Shown: positions 44,494 through 58,378, numbered from the whole stretch's first letter. The stretch: DNA of 63,867 nt, filler included, from Asterionella formosa (GCA_002256025.1; 5 parts of 5 records of this genome joined end to end with filler, not necessarily neighbours in it), one strand, 5' to 3'. The notes: generated from the letters alone by a model not told the origin. Numbers and translations are program-made.

Positions 44494-45432
44494 TCATTCT
44501 TCCCCGGCTGTCGAAATTGTTGCTTGCCTTGCATGGGCGTTCCGGTCATGGATTTCTCGAACATCAGCAAGAATGTCGATCGACTTGCCCAGCTTTGGTC
44601 CGAACAAGTGATTTGCAATATCACAGTGATTTTCCTGCAACAGCTGAGTGATCTTTTCCTCTGGGGAATTGTAGGAAGACGTGGGATTCGTGCTCACGTC
44701 GAAGTGCAACGAAAAGAATGAACGGCAGATTCGTTGATGTAGACCTAAAAGATCAACTTGGTAACAAGCCATCTCCAATGCCATTGAAACTGCCTGACTC
44801 CTCCCAGAATCTCTACCAAAGAAATAAATGCGGTTTTTCAATCTCTCTTTAGCAACAATCAATGTCACCACCTGATCCACAGGTGCATAGAGGGAATGGT
44901 GACTTTCAAAACTGACCCTTTGGCGTCGACTCAGGATTTGTTTATCCTTATATTTTGTTACCAACGCCTTGACTGTGGCCTGATGAAACTTGAAGAGTAG
45001 AAAAGCTTGATCATATAGCTCCATTTCTCCAAAGGGGGCAGGCCAAGCTTCACTGGGGATATCTTGTTCCTGGCCAGATTTGTGGCGGAAGATCTCTCGA
45101 ACTCTTGGATCCTCGATTGGGTTGGCAGCTTGTTGCATCTTCAAAAAGTAATCTTGGACATCCCAACAGCAAGTGCGGTCACATATATTAGCAGTGGATC
45201 CGTCCCGCACCAATGGACGACAGCAATGATAGCACTCATGGAGTCTATTCTCCACATTGATCCAGTCCAAGATTTGCTTCCATGCTGAATTGTGCTTGAT
45301 CACGTTGTCAATGGCCGCATTCCAATCTTTGGAAACAACTTTGAATTCCACCAGATCATACCAGGGAACAAATTCACTTAAGGAAACGAGTTCAACGACC
45401 AGATAGTTTGGATATTCAATGATTTTATCCAT
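44494..45432 (-). CDS. Hypothetical protein with F-box-like N-terminus
   Basis: 312-aa ATG-initiated ORF; ELVSLSEFVPWYDLVEFKVVSKDW resembles an F-box motif. Confidence 0.55.
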   Translation of the reverse strand: MDKIIEYPNYLVVELVSLSEFVPWYDLVEFKVVSKDWNAAIDNVIKHNSAWKQILDWINVENRLHECYHCCRPLVRDGSTANICDRTCCWDVQDYFLKMQQAANPIEDPRVREIFRHKSGQEQDIPSEAWPAPFGEMELYDQAFLLFKFHQATVKALVTKYKDKQILSRRQRVSFESHHSLYAPVDQVVTLIVAKERLKNRIYFFGRDSGRSQAVSMALEMACYQVDLLGLHQRICRSFFSLHFDVSTNPTSSYNSPEEKITQLLQENHCDIANHLFGPKLGKSIDILADVREIHDRNAHARQATISTAGEE

Positions 45433-45524
45433 GACGGCGGTTGTTATCGGTAAGCTCTTTTTGTTCTTTGATTCCGTTCTGTTTAAGTTTATTTATAGAC
45501 GGTGGACCTTGTACAGTACCCTTT

Positions 45525-46162
45525 CTGACAATACCAGGTAAACTGGTAGACAACGGGATAATACCGTTACCATATTACCGGTACTCGCTCCTCGATTGGC
45601 TGATGAATAATTTTTGTGACAGTTTGTTTGTTGCAGAGGATGACTGCTACCAGGTACCCTGGTACCTGGTACCGTCCTGAGTATTCCACACCAGGTACCG
45701 TAGACTACCAGGTACTGTAATCAGCCAGGTACCAGGTACCACCGGTACCAGGTACCGAAAGGTACGTTACCTGGTTACCATAGTACCAGGTACCTACCTG
45801 GAAGGTAAAATGGAGAACAAAGCAACAAGACAACAACAAGCAAGACAACAAAGCGGCTCTACCGGTATTATTTTTCAAATTTTGATGCCGAGGCCGCTGG
45901 TGACGGTCGATTGACGGACGAGACGGCGCTTCTTCCTCCTGCCTTAATCGCTTTGTGAATGGAACTCGTTGACATGAAGATTCCTTATTCCGCAAATCAT
46001 CCCTCGCAACCACAATCGTCTGTCTTCGTTGCTTTGCCGAGGATGTTCAATGCTTTCCGCCGTGGTGATGATAAATGTTAGGTACCTGATACCCCTGGTA
46101 CCAGGTACCAGGGTACATAACAACATACCAGGTACGGCCAACCGTCCAGGCTACCAGGTACA
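45525..46162. repeat. GGTACC(A) motif clusters in a divergent intergenic region
   Basis: Dense CCAGGTACC/GGTACCTGG units at ~45645-45800 and ~46080-46160. Confidence 0.8.
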
Positions 46163-46278
46163 CTAGACCCTAGTATTTTTTTACATAGGTCTTTCAACGC
46201 GGCTGATAATTCAGATACAGCAGCAATAAACATTCAGAGTTGATACATATTACAGCAACGACCAACTCCTTGTTGAAC

Positions 46279-49200
46279 ATGTTGACAAAGTTCGAGTCCA
46301 AGTCGGCTCGCGTCAAGGGCCTGGCATTTCACCCTGTTCGACCCTGGGTTTGTAGTTCATTGCACAATGGTTGCATTCAACTGTAAGTTACAAAACATGG
46401 TGAGGGATTGAGTGCCTTCCGTGTCCTGACATTGGTGTACGAGTTGTACCAACATATCTATTCATTGGAATGACCAAAATGCCGATCATGAATGAAGGCC
46501 AAGAATGCAGGTGTTCGTCTGATTATGACCAATTTCTGACTTCGACTTCCTTACAGGTGGGATTATCGTGTAGGAACAGTTATCGATCGATTTGAAGAGC
46601 ACGAGGGACCAGTTCGAGGTGTTGATTTTCACCTTCACGAGCCCTTAATTGTTTCTGGAGGCGACGATTATAAGATCAAGGTGTGGGACTACAAGCTTCG
46701 AAGATGTCTGTTCACTCTCCTTGGGCATTTGGATTATATCCGTACTGTTCAATTTCACCCCAATGCAACACAATTCCCATGGATTTTGAGCGCGTCGGAT
46801 GATCAAACACTTCGCCTTTGGGATTTCCAAAAGCGAACATGCCTTTCAGTGTTGACAGGGCATAACCACTATGTCATGTGTGCTGCATTTCACCCCTCCG
46901 AGGACTTAATCGTTTCTGCATCCTTAGATCAAACTGTTCGTGTATGGGATACCACTGGTCTTCGAAAGAAACAAATGGGAGAACCTACTGGACCAAGCTT
47001 GGATTCAACCCAGACTCGCGCCGGAGCCGCTGCATTGACTGTCCAGGCAGAACTTTTCGGAACCAATGATGTTGTTGTCAAGTATGTCTTGGAAGGACAC
47101 GACCGTGGTGTCAACTGGGCTTCATTCCATCCTACTCTTCCCTTGTTGGCATCTGCTGCCGATGACCGTCAAGTGAAGCTTTGGAGAATGTCAGACACCA
47201 AAGCATGGGAAGTTGACACTCTTCGTGGACACGCCAATAATGTATCTTGCTGCTTGTTCCACCCTAAGCATGACTTGGTCGTGTCCAACTCGGAAGATCG
47301 CAGTATCCGTGTCTGGGATGTTAGCAAGCGTGTCGGTGTCCAAACCTTTCGCCGGGAAGGAGATCGATTTTGGATCTTGGCGGCCCACCGTAGCCAGAAC
47401 TTGCTTGCAGCCGGACACGACTCTGGTATGATTGTTTTCAAACTGGAGAGAGAACGACCGGCATCTTCCCATGGACCTGCCAACAAGTTGTATTATGTGC
47501 GAGGACGTGAGTTGTTCATGCACGACTATGCTCGTGCTACTGGTGGATCGTCGGGGGTCGATGTCCCTATCGCATCGCTTCGCAGAGTTGGTCAGCAAGC
47601 TCAGACAGACGGTATTGGATCCGCACCTCGTTACTTGTGCTACAACCAGCACAATCCTACCGAAGGAAATGTCCTTGTTTGCAGTGATGTTGACGGAGGC
47701 ACCTATGAGCTTGTGCAGTTTAGCCTCACGAATGCAGCTGGGTCTGTTACTGACGGCAAGCGCGGTACATGCATGGGACCTTGTGTATTTCTTGGAAAGA
47801 ACCGTTTCGCCACTTTGGATCGCCAGCAGCGCCAAATTGTTGTCAAGAATTTGAACAATGAGACCACCAAACGTGTGCAGCCCCCTGTCCCCAATGTAGA
47901 TGGACTTTTGGAAGGTGGTGCGTCCGGTCGTGTTCTTCTTCGCGTCGAAGACCGCGCTATTTTGTTCGAAGTCCAATCTCGCCGTGTTCTTGGCGAGATT
48001 TCCGCCCCCAAAATAAAAAGCGTTGTTTGGTCTCCTGACGGAAGCAAAGTCGCTATTATTTGCAAGTACGGTATCGTTATTGCTGACCGTCAACTCGAAC
48101 AACTTTGTAATATTTCAGACAATGTTCGTGTCAAGTCGGGAGCTTGGGATGTCTCTCCTACTGGAGGTACAGCCAACCAGATGTTTGTCTACACAACCTT
48201 GCACCACGTCAAGTACGTTTTGCCATCTGGGGACACCGGTACCATTCGTACTCTCGACAGTCCCTTGTATGCTCAGCGGGTTGTTAAGGATCAGCTCTTT
48301 TGTCTCGACCGTGAGGCTAGGGCTCGCGTTATCAGCATTGACACCACTGAGGCCAGATTCAAGCTTGCTCTTTCAACCAAACGTTACGGGCAAGTTATGC
48401 ACATGGTGCGCCATTCTCGACTTTGTGGTCGTGCTATTGTCGCTTACCTTCAGTCCAAAGGATTTCCCGAAGTTGCTCTGCACTTTGTGCGCGAGCCACG
48501 CACACGTTTTCGATTGGCGTTGGCGTGTGGCAACATTGAAGCTGCCATGGAGTCCGCGTTTGCACTAGAGCAACAGGCCGAAGCCGAAGGAAAAGAAGGC
48601 GGGTCACGAGATATTTGGGGTGAGCTCGGTAATGAAGCCCTTCGTCAGGGAAACTACCAAGTTGTTGAAATGAGTTACCAGCGCACCAAGGACTTTGATC
48701 GGCTTTCATTCCTCTACATGATCACCGGGGACACTGTTAAACTCCGCAAAATGCTCAAGATTTCTAATATGCGCAACGACATCATGGGGCGATATCACAA
48801 TGCACTTTTGCTGGGTGATGCCACTGAGCGTGTTCACGTTTTGGAACAATCCGGAAACTTGCCGCTAGCTTACATCAGTGCTGTCATGCACGGATTAACG
48901 GAAGATGCTGAGCGTATCCAGATTGCGATTGAGACAAATAATGGAAGCATTGAAGGTTTGATGGAGAAGGTTATGTCACCTGGCAAGTCTAGCGGATGTC
49001 TCCTTCAACCTCCTACTCCCATCTTCCGTGAAAACAACTGGCCACTTTTACTGGTGCAGAAGACTACTTTGGAAGATATTGCAAACGCCAACGCTGACCC
49101 AGAAGAAGAGGCTTACAGGGAAGAAGCAGCACCTGCTCCTATGGGAGCAGCAGATATGCACGAAGAATGGGATGACGGAGCCTTTGACGATACCAAGGAA

Positions 49201-50298
49201 GCTCCTGCAGAGGACATGGACTTTGGTGATGAAGGCGATTGGGGAGACGACCTCGACGATCTCGGTGATCTTGGAGAACCTGATACTCCAAAGGCTCCAG
49301 TCAATGAGATGGCCGAACTTCAAGGCGTTTCCGATGATGCCACCTTCCAGATGCCTGCTGCCGGACGACCAGCTCCTGGCTGCTGGGTTGCCAACAGTTC
49401 ACACGCCGCCGATCACATTGCTGCTGGAGGTGCAGCATCTGCCATGCAACTGTTGAATAGACAAATTGCTGTTGGCGATTTTGTGGTACTAAGAGAAACC
49501 ATGATTGGCTGTTACCTAGGCTCGATGCTCAGCGTCCCTGGTGTTCCTGGAAGTCCTGCAATGAGCATTCCGCTCCTTCGAAACGATCTTTCCGGAAGCC
49601 CTGGGGCTGATAGTCTTCCACGAACATCACTAAAGATGAAGCACTTAGTCGCTGGAATCAAAAATGGATACCGTTTTTTCCAAGGTGGTAAATTCAATGA
49701 TGCCAAAAGCTCATTCCATGACGTCCTCAACAAGATTCCAATGGTCATTACCGAGAACAAGGGCGAAGGCGCAGAGATGAAAGAAATGTTAGAAATTAGC
49801 CGAGAATACATCACTGCCATCCGCATCAAGTCTGCCATGGCCGAAGCCGGTTCGGACCCCGTCAGATCTACAGAACTCTCAGCTTACTTTACACACTGCA
49901 ATCTTCAACCTGTCCATCTGCTGTTGGCTCTCCGATCGGCCATGGGAACTGCCTTTAAGCACAAGGAATTTATTGCAGCTGCTGGATTTGCTCGTCGCCT
50001 TCTCGAACTACCTGATATGAGCAGTGAGCGTAATGCTGACCTTCGTGTCAAGGCTACCAAAGTCTTACAGAAGAGCGAACAGATGGCTCGCAACGAGCAT
50101 GAGCTGAACTACGACGAATCCACTAGTTTTGTCATCGATTGCAAGAACTTTGTTCCTGTCGTTGTTGGTTCTCCGTCGGTCAAGTGTTCTTACTGTGGTT
50201 CGACTTATGGTGACCTTGATATGAAAGGCAAGGCCTGTTTGACTTGTGAGTTCGGAACCGTTGGTGTCAACACGATTGGTCTCGTCACTGGATCGTAG
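46279..50298 (+). CDS. COPA: Coatomer subunit alpha (alpha-COP); exons 46279-46382 and 46557-50298
   Basis: Exon 1 [19 protein letters not shown]..; GTAAGT..ACAG intron gives QLWDYR; WD40 repeats, KLERERP, C-terminal [15 protein letters not shown] and zinc-binding end. Confidence 0.97.
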
Positions 50299-50442
50299 AG
50301 TTTTAGTAAAGAAATAGTTTTTCAAGTAATTCTATTTTAATAGTTGTTTCAATCAATTTATATTATGGTGGTTTCACCTAGTGCTACTAGTAGTCCTCCA
50401 GGCCAATTCAAACTGATTTCTCTGGAGACTTTCACGATTCCT

Positions 50443-51189
50443 TCACAGTTTATCTGATCCAATGGCGGATAACAATTCAACGCTCTCGTCATCCGAGGTG
50501 GCATCTTCATTTGGTGTCGTAGTTTTTTCCATGTTTGTCTTGTTTCGATCAAACGTCCAGCGGCGGCGGTTGGACTTGTTGCTATGAATTGGAGTCCTGT
50601 CCACATGGACAGGCGCAATAAAGTGTTGCTGCGGTAGCGGAGAGGGACTTGATCCGAAATCAAGATAAGCACCCTTTAATTTTTCGTTCGGCTCAAGAGG
50701 CTTTGGTTTGCCTCTTCTTAGCTGAGAGCGTTGTGGAAGGGTAGTTTTCGAAGATAACGTGCTCATCTCACTATTTTCAGAGGCTCTCGCAGCAATTCTG
50801 TGAATGTCCACGATTTGCGACTGCTGCTGCTGCAGTTTGCATGCGTCAAGTTCCACCATGAGTTTCTCGACAAGTGCTTTCGCTTTATTGGCCTCAAGTC
50901 TAGCCTCGGTAAGCTCGTGGTCCATCGTGACGAGATTTTGCCTGTACTTATCTTCATTTTGTTCGTTGACAAGAGTGTGTTTCGATTCCAAATCACTCAA
51001 TTGAAGCTGTAGTTCATTGATCCCAGGAAGGAGCGTCGTTCGTGTATCCAAAACTGCCATTTCTTCTTTGATCTCTTGAATGGCTTTTTGCTGATAAGTG
51101 TAGAGCGTCACTAGTTCCGGAACAATCTGAGCCAAAGCATTGGCATGCGAGACTTTTTGTTGCATCGACTTCTTTAATCCAAAAACCAT
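50443..51189 (-). CDS. Hypothetical coiled-coil protein (~248 aa)
   Basis: ORF from ATG 51189 (MVFGLKK), heptad pattern then disordered tail; convergent with COPA. Confidence 0.65.
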   Translation of the reverse strand: MVFGLKKSMQQKVSHANALAQIVPELVTLYTYQQKAIQEIKEEMAVLDTRTTLLPGINELQLQLSDLESKHTLVNEQNEDKYRQNLVTMDHELTEARLEANKAKALVEKLMVELDACKLQQQQSQIVDIHRIAARASENSEMSTLSSKTTLPQRSQLRRGKPKPLEPNEKLKGAYLDFGSSPSPLPQQHFIAPVHVDRTPIHSNKSNRRRWTFDRNKTNMEKTTTPNEDATSDDESVELLSAIGSDKL

Positions 51190-51579
51190 GACGTAATTGG
51201 GCACTTTTGACTTTTGACGTGGTCCGGTATTATTTATTATGAGTGCAATTGGATCGAAGCGCCAAGCAACAACGACGAGAAAGCAAATTGATATGGTTGT
51301 CTGATATTTGACGCCGTGTATGGTCACGGCATTTCCGGTATTGGAGTACTGGTACAAAGTACTCGGATACCTGTACATCCCAATAAATCAGTCGCAACAG
51401 CAAGGTGACAGAGTGTCACGTGATTGTCCTCGCGAGGTGGGCGGACGGATATTGGACATTGCTCGGGCACCATTGTATAATACCGGTACTCTAATACCGT
51501 ATACCGGTAATTCATTTTCCTGTCCCCCCCCAATGTACACTGCCATGAATGAATTTGACTGATTTTACTTACCAAGCAA

Positions 51580-52275
51580 GGGCCGTCCTTAACACTTTTT
51601 TCGTGTATCAGGAAATTTGAAATTTTTTTGAAAATGTATCAGCAATGGTAACTCAATTTGAACTGAATTTCATTCATTCCAAAAGTGACATTGTATCACT
51701 AATTTGTGCTCACATTGTATCATGGAGTAACATGGACCTTCAACAGCAACAGGCTGGCAAAGATCATGTGTACATCCCTACAGAATATATTGATGGTCTT
51801 GATATCAAGCAGCAGCAAAAAATAAAATTATATTATAGTATTATAAAAACACACCATTGCATGAATCATGCTGTTGCCTTTTGAGTTACTTGATGATAAT
51901 GTTGATGACAGCAGCAGTAATCTGGATTTCTTCTTGCTTGTTCCTCTATCATTTAGCTAAGAAAGCAGAGGAACAAGAGCACTCATGCATGCAAATGATG
52001 AAGGCAACACAGTAAATGGCACCATCACTCATCCAAACAACGATGACAATGAAGGCACAAGTGGCAGCACTACAAAAGAATCTCCTGGTTGCTTTCGAGA
52101 AGACATACAAAATGTCACACAGAGCATTTAAAAAACTCATCTCCATGATGCCTGGAAATTCAGATTGCAGGGAATTATTCCAAATGTGGCACTTCTGAAC
52201 CCATAATTCCCGAAATTGTGGAATCCATTGGTTTGCAACGGTTGGCTGGTGGCAGTTACATCTACGTTCGTCATG
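51580..52275 (+). mobile_element. PIF/Harbinger relic (left part)
   Basis: FEKTYKMSHRAFKKL and IIPEIVESIGLQRLAGGSYIYVRH resemble Harbinger F.R.YRM / LRWLAGGSY motifs; candidate terminus GGGCCGTCCTTAAC at 51580. Confidence 0.6.
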
Positions 52276-53462
52276 CAAACTCTATTCTATCATGTGAATT
52301 GTTTCATCGTATATCTATCTTCAACATGATCATAATTCTAATCACAAGCATTGTTCAAAAAGGATTGGAATAGATCGTAGTTTAACTATCAAATTTAGCA
52401 ATGCTATCTATGATTCTACAGGCCAGCAACCCAACGTTTCTCTCTCTACTCGGCTCAATGTATATTGTTCTTGTCTCACCCTTTTCTTCCTCTGTTTTGA
52501 ATCTTGTGCCAAGCAGTGCCTTACTAATGTTGCGTCTCTTTCCCTGCTCTTAGTGTCATTCTGAACCCACCGACTATTCCGTTGTTTGATCGGTTTTATT
52601 GTCCTATGCAGTTACAGTAACAATGAGAAGGAAAGACTTGTTAGCTAGTCATATTACACTGACACAACATCACGCCATTCCATCGTATCCTCTTGCTTGC
52701 TTCACTTACCACAAATCAAAGCAACTAATGCATAAGTCTGTAATAGGAAATTGTCAGTAAATTCTTGAATAAGTAAGTTTCAGGTTTCCAATGTTGTCAA
52801 ATAAAACTTAACGATTCATTTTCGTTAGCTTAACTTTGAGAGAAGGTAAATTTGGCATGTCCGTCAGTTATGCTCCATCAGAAGTGAATAGGTCCAACGA
52901 CAAGAGCACTTCTTACCAATTTTGTTTTTCTTTCACATTGGTGCTCCCGAACAAGCAAAACGAGCTGTTGAATCAACTGAGAAAAAAGGAAATGTGCGTT
53001 TAGTTTACATTTTGTTGTTGTCCTGCTGCCTCCCAACGATTGTCATCCAAGTACAACATTGATGGCTTCATTGCCCTAAGCATACTCCATCCTTCGAAGG
53101 CGCAATGTGTCGAAGCCACAATGTTTTTCGTTATTGCCTAAACTTTCCTTGTCATATGCTTTACTACGATTTTTCTTTTCATAAAGCAGGCATTGTTTGT
53201 TAACATGACAGAACGATTTCAAATATAATTGCCATGTATACTATAGTTATAAAATTTGTAAATATAGAAATATATCAAATGCCGTACATTTATAAAATTC
53301 AAAGGCACTCTCATTATGGCACGTCTGGTAGCTACTGTTAAGATGATCATACTTGCATATAGATAATTCGAAAATATTCAATGCACCATGTGTTCATTGT
53401 TTTCCACAACATGGTGTACCGGTACTGTTTCTGAAATTTGTTTGCATCAATTTTTTCTACTA
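52276..53462. repeat. Dispersed repeat 'X', diverged copy
   Basis: Patchy colinear similarity to 56730-58081 (CATGATCATAATTCT; CTTCACTTACCACAAAT; GATTTCAAAT..GCCATG; ATAATTC..CAATGC..CATG.GTTCAT). Confidence 0.65.
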
Positions 53463-53669
53463 CGTCCGTTGGAACTAATTATTTAGACCATTCAATTGGT
53501 GTAAGTCACACCCCATTTGTATCATTATTTTTACGCAAGGATTTTGGTAGCTAGCTAATTATTAAAGCCCCTTTTTTGGGCGGGAGTTCTTCATGTGTAC
53601 ATCATAGTATGAACACAACATTTTATCATATATACTGGTATACAGGCAGAGTACCGGTGGGATATACTG

Positions 53670-53910
53670 GGGGTAGCCGGAGTAGTAAGCAAGCAACAGA
53701 ACACCATATGTTCAGGACTGTTGCTACTGCAGCGGGACAGTAAATCATCATAGTTTTAGGATCGTATGATCGTATGATCGTAAAATTGAAAGAGGGTAGT
53801 CGGAGTAGTAAGCGAGCAATAGAGCATCAAATGTTCAGGACTGTTGCTTGTACAGTAGGACAGTTAAGCATCATAGTTTCAGAATTGTACGGCTGATCGT
53901 AAAATTGAAA
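53670..53910. repeat. ~120-bp tandem duplication
   Basis: GGGTAG.CGGAGTAGTAAGC..ATGTTCAGGACTGTTGCT..CATCATAGTTT..TGATCGTAAAATTGAAA occurs twice. Confidence 0.9.
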
Positions 53911-54110
53911 CAAGATATGCTATATCTCAAAATTGGTTCTGATTATGGATATTATAATGTATATAGCACTGTTGGTCTTATGGTGTCATACCTAAACAGT
54001 GTAAAATATTATATGTATTGGCTGATGATTCATTTAATTGTGGTAGCAACACCAGCTTTTAAGATCATCGAACTTAAGCAAGACAATGACACCAGTTAAC
54101 TAGTACTACG

Positions 54111-55935
54111 ATGTCTTCAAAAAACCATAAAGAGGTTCACAGAAGCAAGCGACATGTGGCAAATACTGCCGGTATGGAACAAAGAAGCAAGTACCAAAAT
54201 GAGTTAACAAAAGAAAAGGCGAGTCGGCGATTATCCAAAGGAAACCAATTGGCACCAACAGGGAGTTAGTGGGGGTACTTCCCCATTGTTAATGGGGAAA
54301 CCATCAGCTACTAGTACACAGGATCCCCTAATTGATACTGAAAGCAATGATAACATTTCTTCTTCAGTTGTTGATACAAGAAAAATAAATCATGTTGATG
54401 ATACCATTAATAACTCCCGGATGCAGATGGATGACATGGTACCATATCATAAATTTTCTAATCGCACGGACCAACAAGTGCATGAAAAACTGAGGGAAAA
54501 AAATTTTGCACTTGCCAAAGGATATTATCAATTGGTCAATGAACTCAATCAATACAAAGGTCGTAATTCGCTTAGCTAAAATTGAACCGAACTATCAATT
54601 GTAACAAAGGTTGTGAGTTTTATTTTCAAGACCAAGAAGTTTTGCTGTGAACATGTAAGTTTAATGTTATAGTTTGTGAATTGCAGGTACTGTAACACAG
54701 AATATCAATCAAATGTGCTTTTTTCTGGTCCCAAAAGAGAATCAAACATCCCGCCCTGCCTATCTGGTCCAAGTAGTATGAGCGGCATTTCCAATCACAA
54801 ACAGGATTGGTTTGCCCAATGTTGCCTAACTCGGCTATACACAGTGAAACCTGAATTTGGCAAAGAAGTGGAGGTTGACCCAGAGCTTGCCGAATTCATA
54901 TGGAATGGTTCTGATGCAATACTTCCAATGAATCAGACCATTGAACGTACCAACAAGGCACGTTTAGATTACATCAAATTAACACTTGGTAACATGTGCA
55001 TTAAAAAGTTGAGGGAATGTCAAAATGTATTAAATAATCAATTTAAAGGAATCTTAGGTAGGTTCTTGCAGGGAGATGCTCTGAAAGCATGATGTTTTGA
55101 GTCGGTGATTATATTCTTATCAAATATGTTTGAATTAAAAATGCTAACATAATTCATGACACGCCAGCTGGTCTAACAGAATATAACTTCCAGACTATGG
55201 ATATTGATGAGTTTATTAGGTGGGCGTTGACGCTTTATCGTTTTGCGCAGTCAAAGGACATTGACAGGAGGGGAAGCCAAGGATACCAAGTCTGGCGTGA
55301 TGTTCTTGCTCCAGTGTTTTTTATAGGCAGGAAAAACCGTGGAGAATCGTTTTTAAGAGGAGACAAATCTGGTGTGACCAAATTTCAAGTAAGTCTTCGG
55401 GCGCAGTGTGAATTGCAATCACGTTTTGTTGGTTCGCTGATCAATGCCAGTACAGAAGCATTTTGCTTCTTGGGGGTGCTGAAAGGAAAATTCCGATTGC
55501 AACAAAAATATTTGGGTTTCAATCCAGACACGCATGAAATTTCAGAGAACGATATTCGTAATTCTAATGATTTTGTCGACATTGGTGGGAAACCACTTAT
55601 CAAAAAAGTGTGAGGGAAGAAAGTTCAGTTTCAAATGGTTTCACTGATCAATGGACTGATGATAATGATTTACTCGTTTATTATAAGGAAATCTACACTG
55701 GACTTTCACAAAAGAATTGATCTGAATATGGAAGGAATCCTAGTAGAATTGCTACTTCCACCACAACTATCATCTACCCATACTCATGCTTCTCATTTCC
55801 CAACGTAAGTGAAGAAGATATGCATCAATATGTTGAACCACTTCAACCAAATGTTCCTGAGAAAGGTATTGACTACAATGACCGCATTAATCAATGGGAC
55901 ATTGATGACGACGTTGATTTTGAATGGATCTAGTA
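54111..55935 (+). pseudogene. Degenerate spliced gene resembling the accessory gene at 26640-28173
   Basis: VVSFIFKTKKF, KKLRECQNVLNNQFK, LINASTEAF, DQWTDD..YYKEIY in the same order; stops and frameshifts. Confidence 0.4.
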
Positions 55936-56510
55936 GAATCCAATGCATACTTAGTAGTTACATAATAAATATAGTTAGTGTGAGACTTCTACAATGCAAA
56001 CCACATCATAAATGTTAAGAAACGATTGACGCTGCTCTATATTAGTAGTAGTGCCGCCTGTAGTACATGAGTGGTATATACCTCTATTTTTACTACTATG
56101 GTGGCGGAGTGATAATTTCACGACTCTGTATTGTCCAGCAGAGCATGTTCGGAGTGATGCCAAATTTTTTTTTATTAATTCATTTTCATTCTATCCTGTT
56201 TATATCCTGAATTGGTCCTCATTTGAATTTTGGAATGTCTTCGCGGACATTGCAATGGTGTTATCTGTGTAACTACAAATTTCGGAAGAACAAATCCCCA
56301 TCTGAGTCTCACAATCGAAATTGTAGCAACCGTGTTTTTATGCATATGGTCACTGTCGAAATTGCATGAATACATAATGAAACTATGTATTGCGGTAGTG
56401 CATCGAGTCATTCAAGGAAAGAAGTTAATGTCAGTTTAACTGCTGCAGCATTTAGGGAGAACAGACAAAAAGAAGAGATAATGTGTCCTATCCTTGAATC
56501 AAGTGGCCAT

Positions 56511-58081
56511 GTCTGCAAATAAAACTATCATGAATATAGGATCATCAAGGGTATCGTACAATAAGTGGCACAGGATTTTTACATAGCATGTGATAGTTTT
56601 TGGATCAAAAAGATGATCAATGTATCATGATATAATTATGATAATGCTGTAAAATTTACCGAGCTTGAAGTATGATGATACTATCATAGTTACAATACCA
56701 TTGCATCATTTATTTAGTTAAACATGGTCTATCTTAGCATGATCATAATTCTCATCAATATCACTTTCTAAAATAAGATGAAATGGATCGAAACTTAGTA
56801 GAACTATTTTAGAATGGTTTGATGTTGGTTTCTATATCTTGAGTGGTTACAGAATGTTCTACAATTCTCTCATCGCAATGATTGGTGCTTCAGCTTTCAC
56901 TTCCACCTTCCCCCCAATCCAATTCTGAAGGTTGTTGTAGTAGTACTGGTTGCCTTGCCTTTGTTCCCCTGCTTTGTTCCATTTACTCCTGACGGATCGA
57001 AGTTTGGATTCACGCATTTTCCCATTACTATTGAATCCGTTTCGTTGTTCCAATCAGCTATACTAACAAAGATAAGCAATTCCTGATTGTTAGCTGTTCA
57101 TGTTTTGCTTACACAACAACATGCATTTCGCTTCTATCTTCACTTACCACAAATTGAGGAAGTAACTGATGCATGTGTTCTGTAAGATAATGTGTCAGTT
57201 GAAGATTGAATGAGAAGCAAAGTATTGATCAAGAAATGGGCTCCAACACTGCTGTTTGTAACTCACAAATACTGTTTGTCTATCATTATCCTGAAAGAAG
57301 CAACACATATGTGTCAGTTTTTCTGACAGTTGTGGATTGATCCAAAGATGGCTGATAGCACTTACCGATTTATTTTGTCCACATTGATGGTTGGCCAGTC
57401 ACCAAATCGAAAAGGAGCTATTGAATCACTGAAAGGGGACAAGTCATTCGGTATTTGTAATCCCAACAATTGATCATCCTGTCATCTGCTCTTGATTTGG
57501 CGGTACCATGCACAACTTGTTGATTCCGCCCTTCTTCACCATATTCACTCCTTCTTAGCCGCATGGTCTATCATCGTGTTGTATTGTCACTTCAGCTTTT
57601 CGTATCATGATGTGTTGCTTGAGATCCTTCATTTCAGGAAGTGTATGCATGACAACGAACATGAAAGGCATTTGCTCTTGACTTACCATCAATTGATTCC
57701 GCCCTTCCTCTCTGTAGTAGTCACTCCTTCTAAGCCGAAAGAATCATTGTGTTGTATTATCACTTTCGTTTTCCGCGTCATCATGTGTGATGATCCTTCA
57801 CTTCAGGAGCAAAGTGTATGCATGACAAGGAACATGAAAACATGATTTCAAATGTTCAGCCATGAATACATATATAGAAAGATTTGTAAGGAGTTTAAAT
57901 GTATATATAGTTGAACATTTGCATAGTTTTAAACACGGTCATTATACGGCACTTCCTGTGTATACTAATATCAATTTTGATTATACATAATTCAAATATA
58001 CACAATGCCTCATGGGTTCATAGTAGTTTTCCATGACCTGTTGAATTTTATCAATTTGTTTTGTGTCAATTCTTGTACCTA
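56511..58081. repeat. Dispersed repeat 'X', longest copy, with internal ~170-bp duplication
   Basis: Matches 28495-29163 and 52276-53462; TTGATTCCGCCCTTC..GATCCTTCA.TTCAGGA..GTGTATGCATGACAA occurs twice (~57520 and ~57692). Confidence 0.85.
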
Positions 58082-58378
58082 CATCTACAACGCCGATTAT
58101 TGGTACAGCCACCACAAAAAAAACGCTAGTCAAATATGATCACCCAAATTAAAATTTTGGGTGGCCCACTATGACAAATTGGGCTATATACATAATTTAA
58201 GGGTATGATATAAAATATAAAATGTGATGCATCATAGAATATATATGATAGGAGTGAACTAAGATATTTTCGACAACTTCCTAAATTTTTTATAAACCCA
58301 CATAAATTTTGGGGCAAACTAACAATATTTTTTTATGGCCGATCATATAATTTCTGTATCGACAACCGCAATTATTGT
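58082..58378 (+). mobile_element. Second left end of the CATCTA-terminated element (cut by contig end)
   Basis: ~260 bp similar to 22261-22520; similarity starts exactly at TA|CATCTACAA. Confidence 0.8.
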
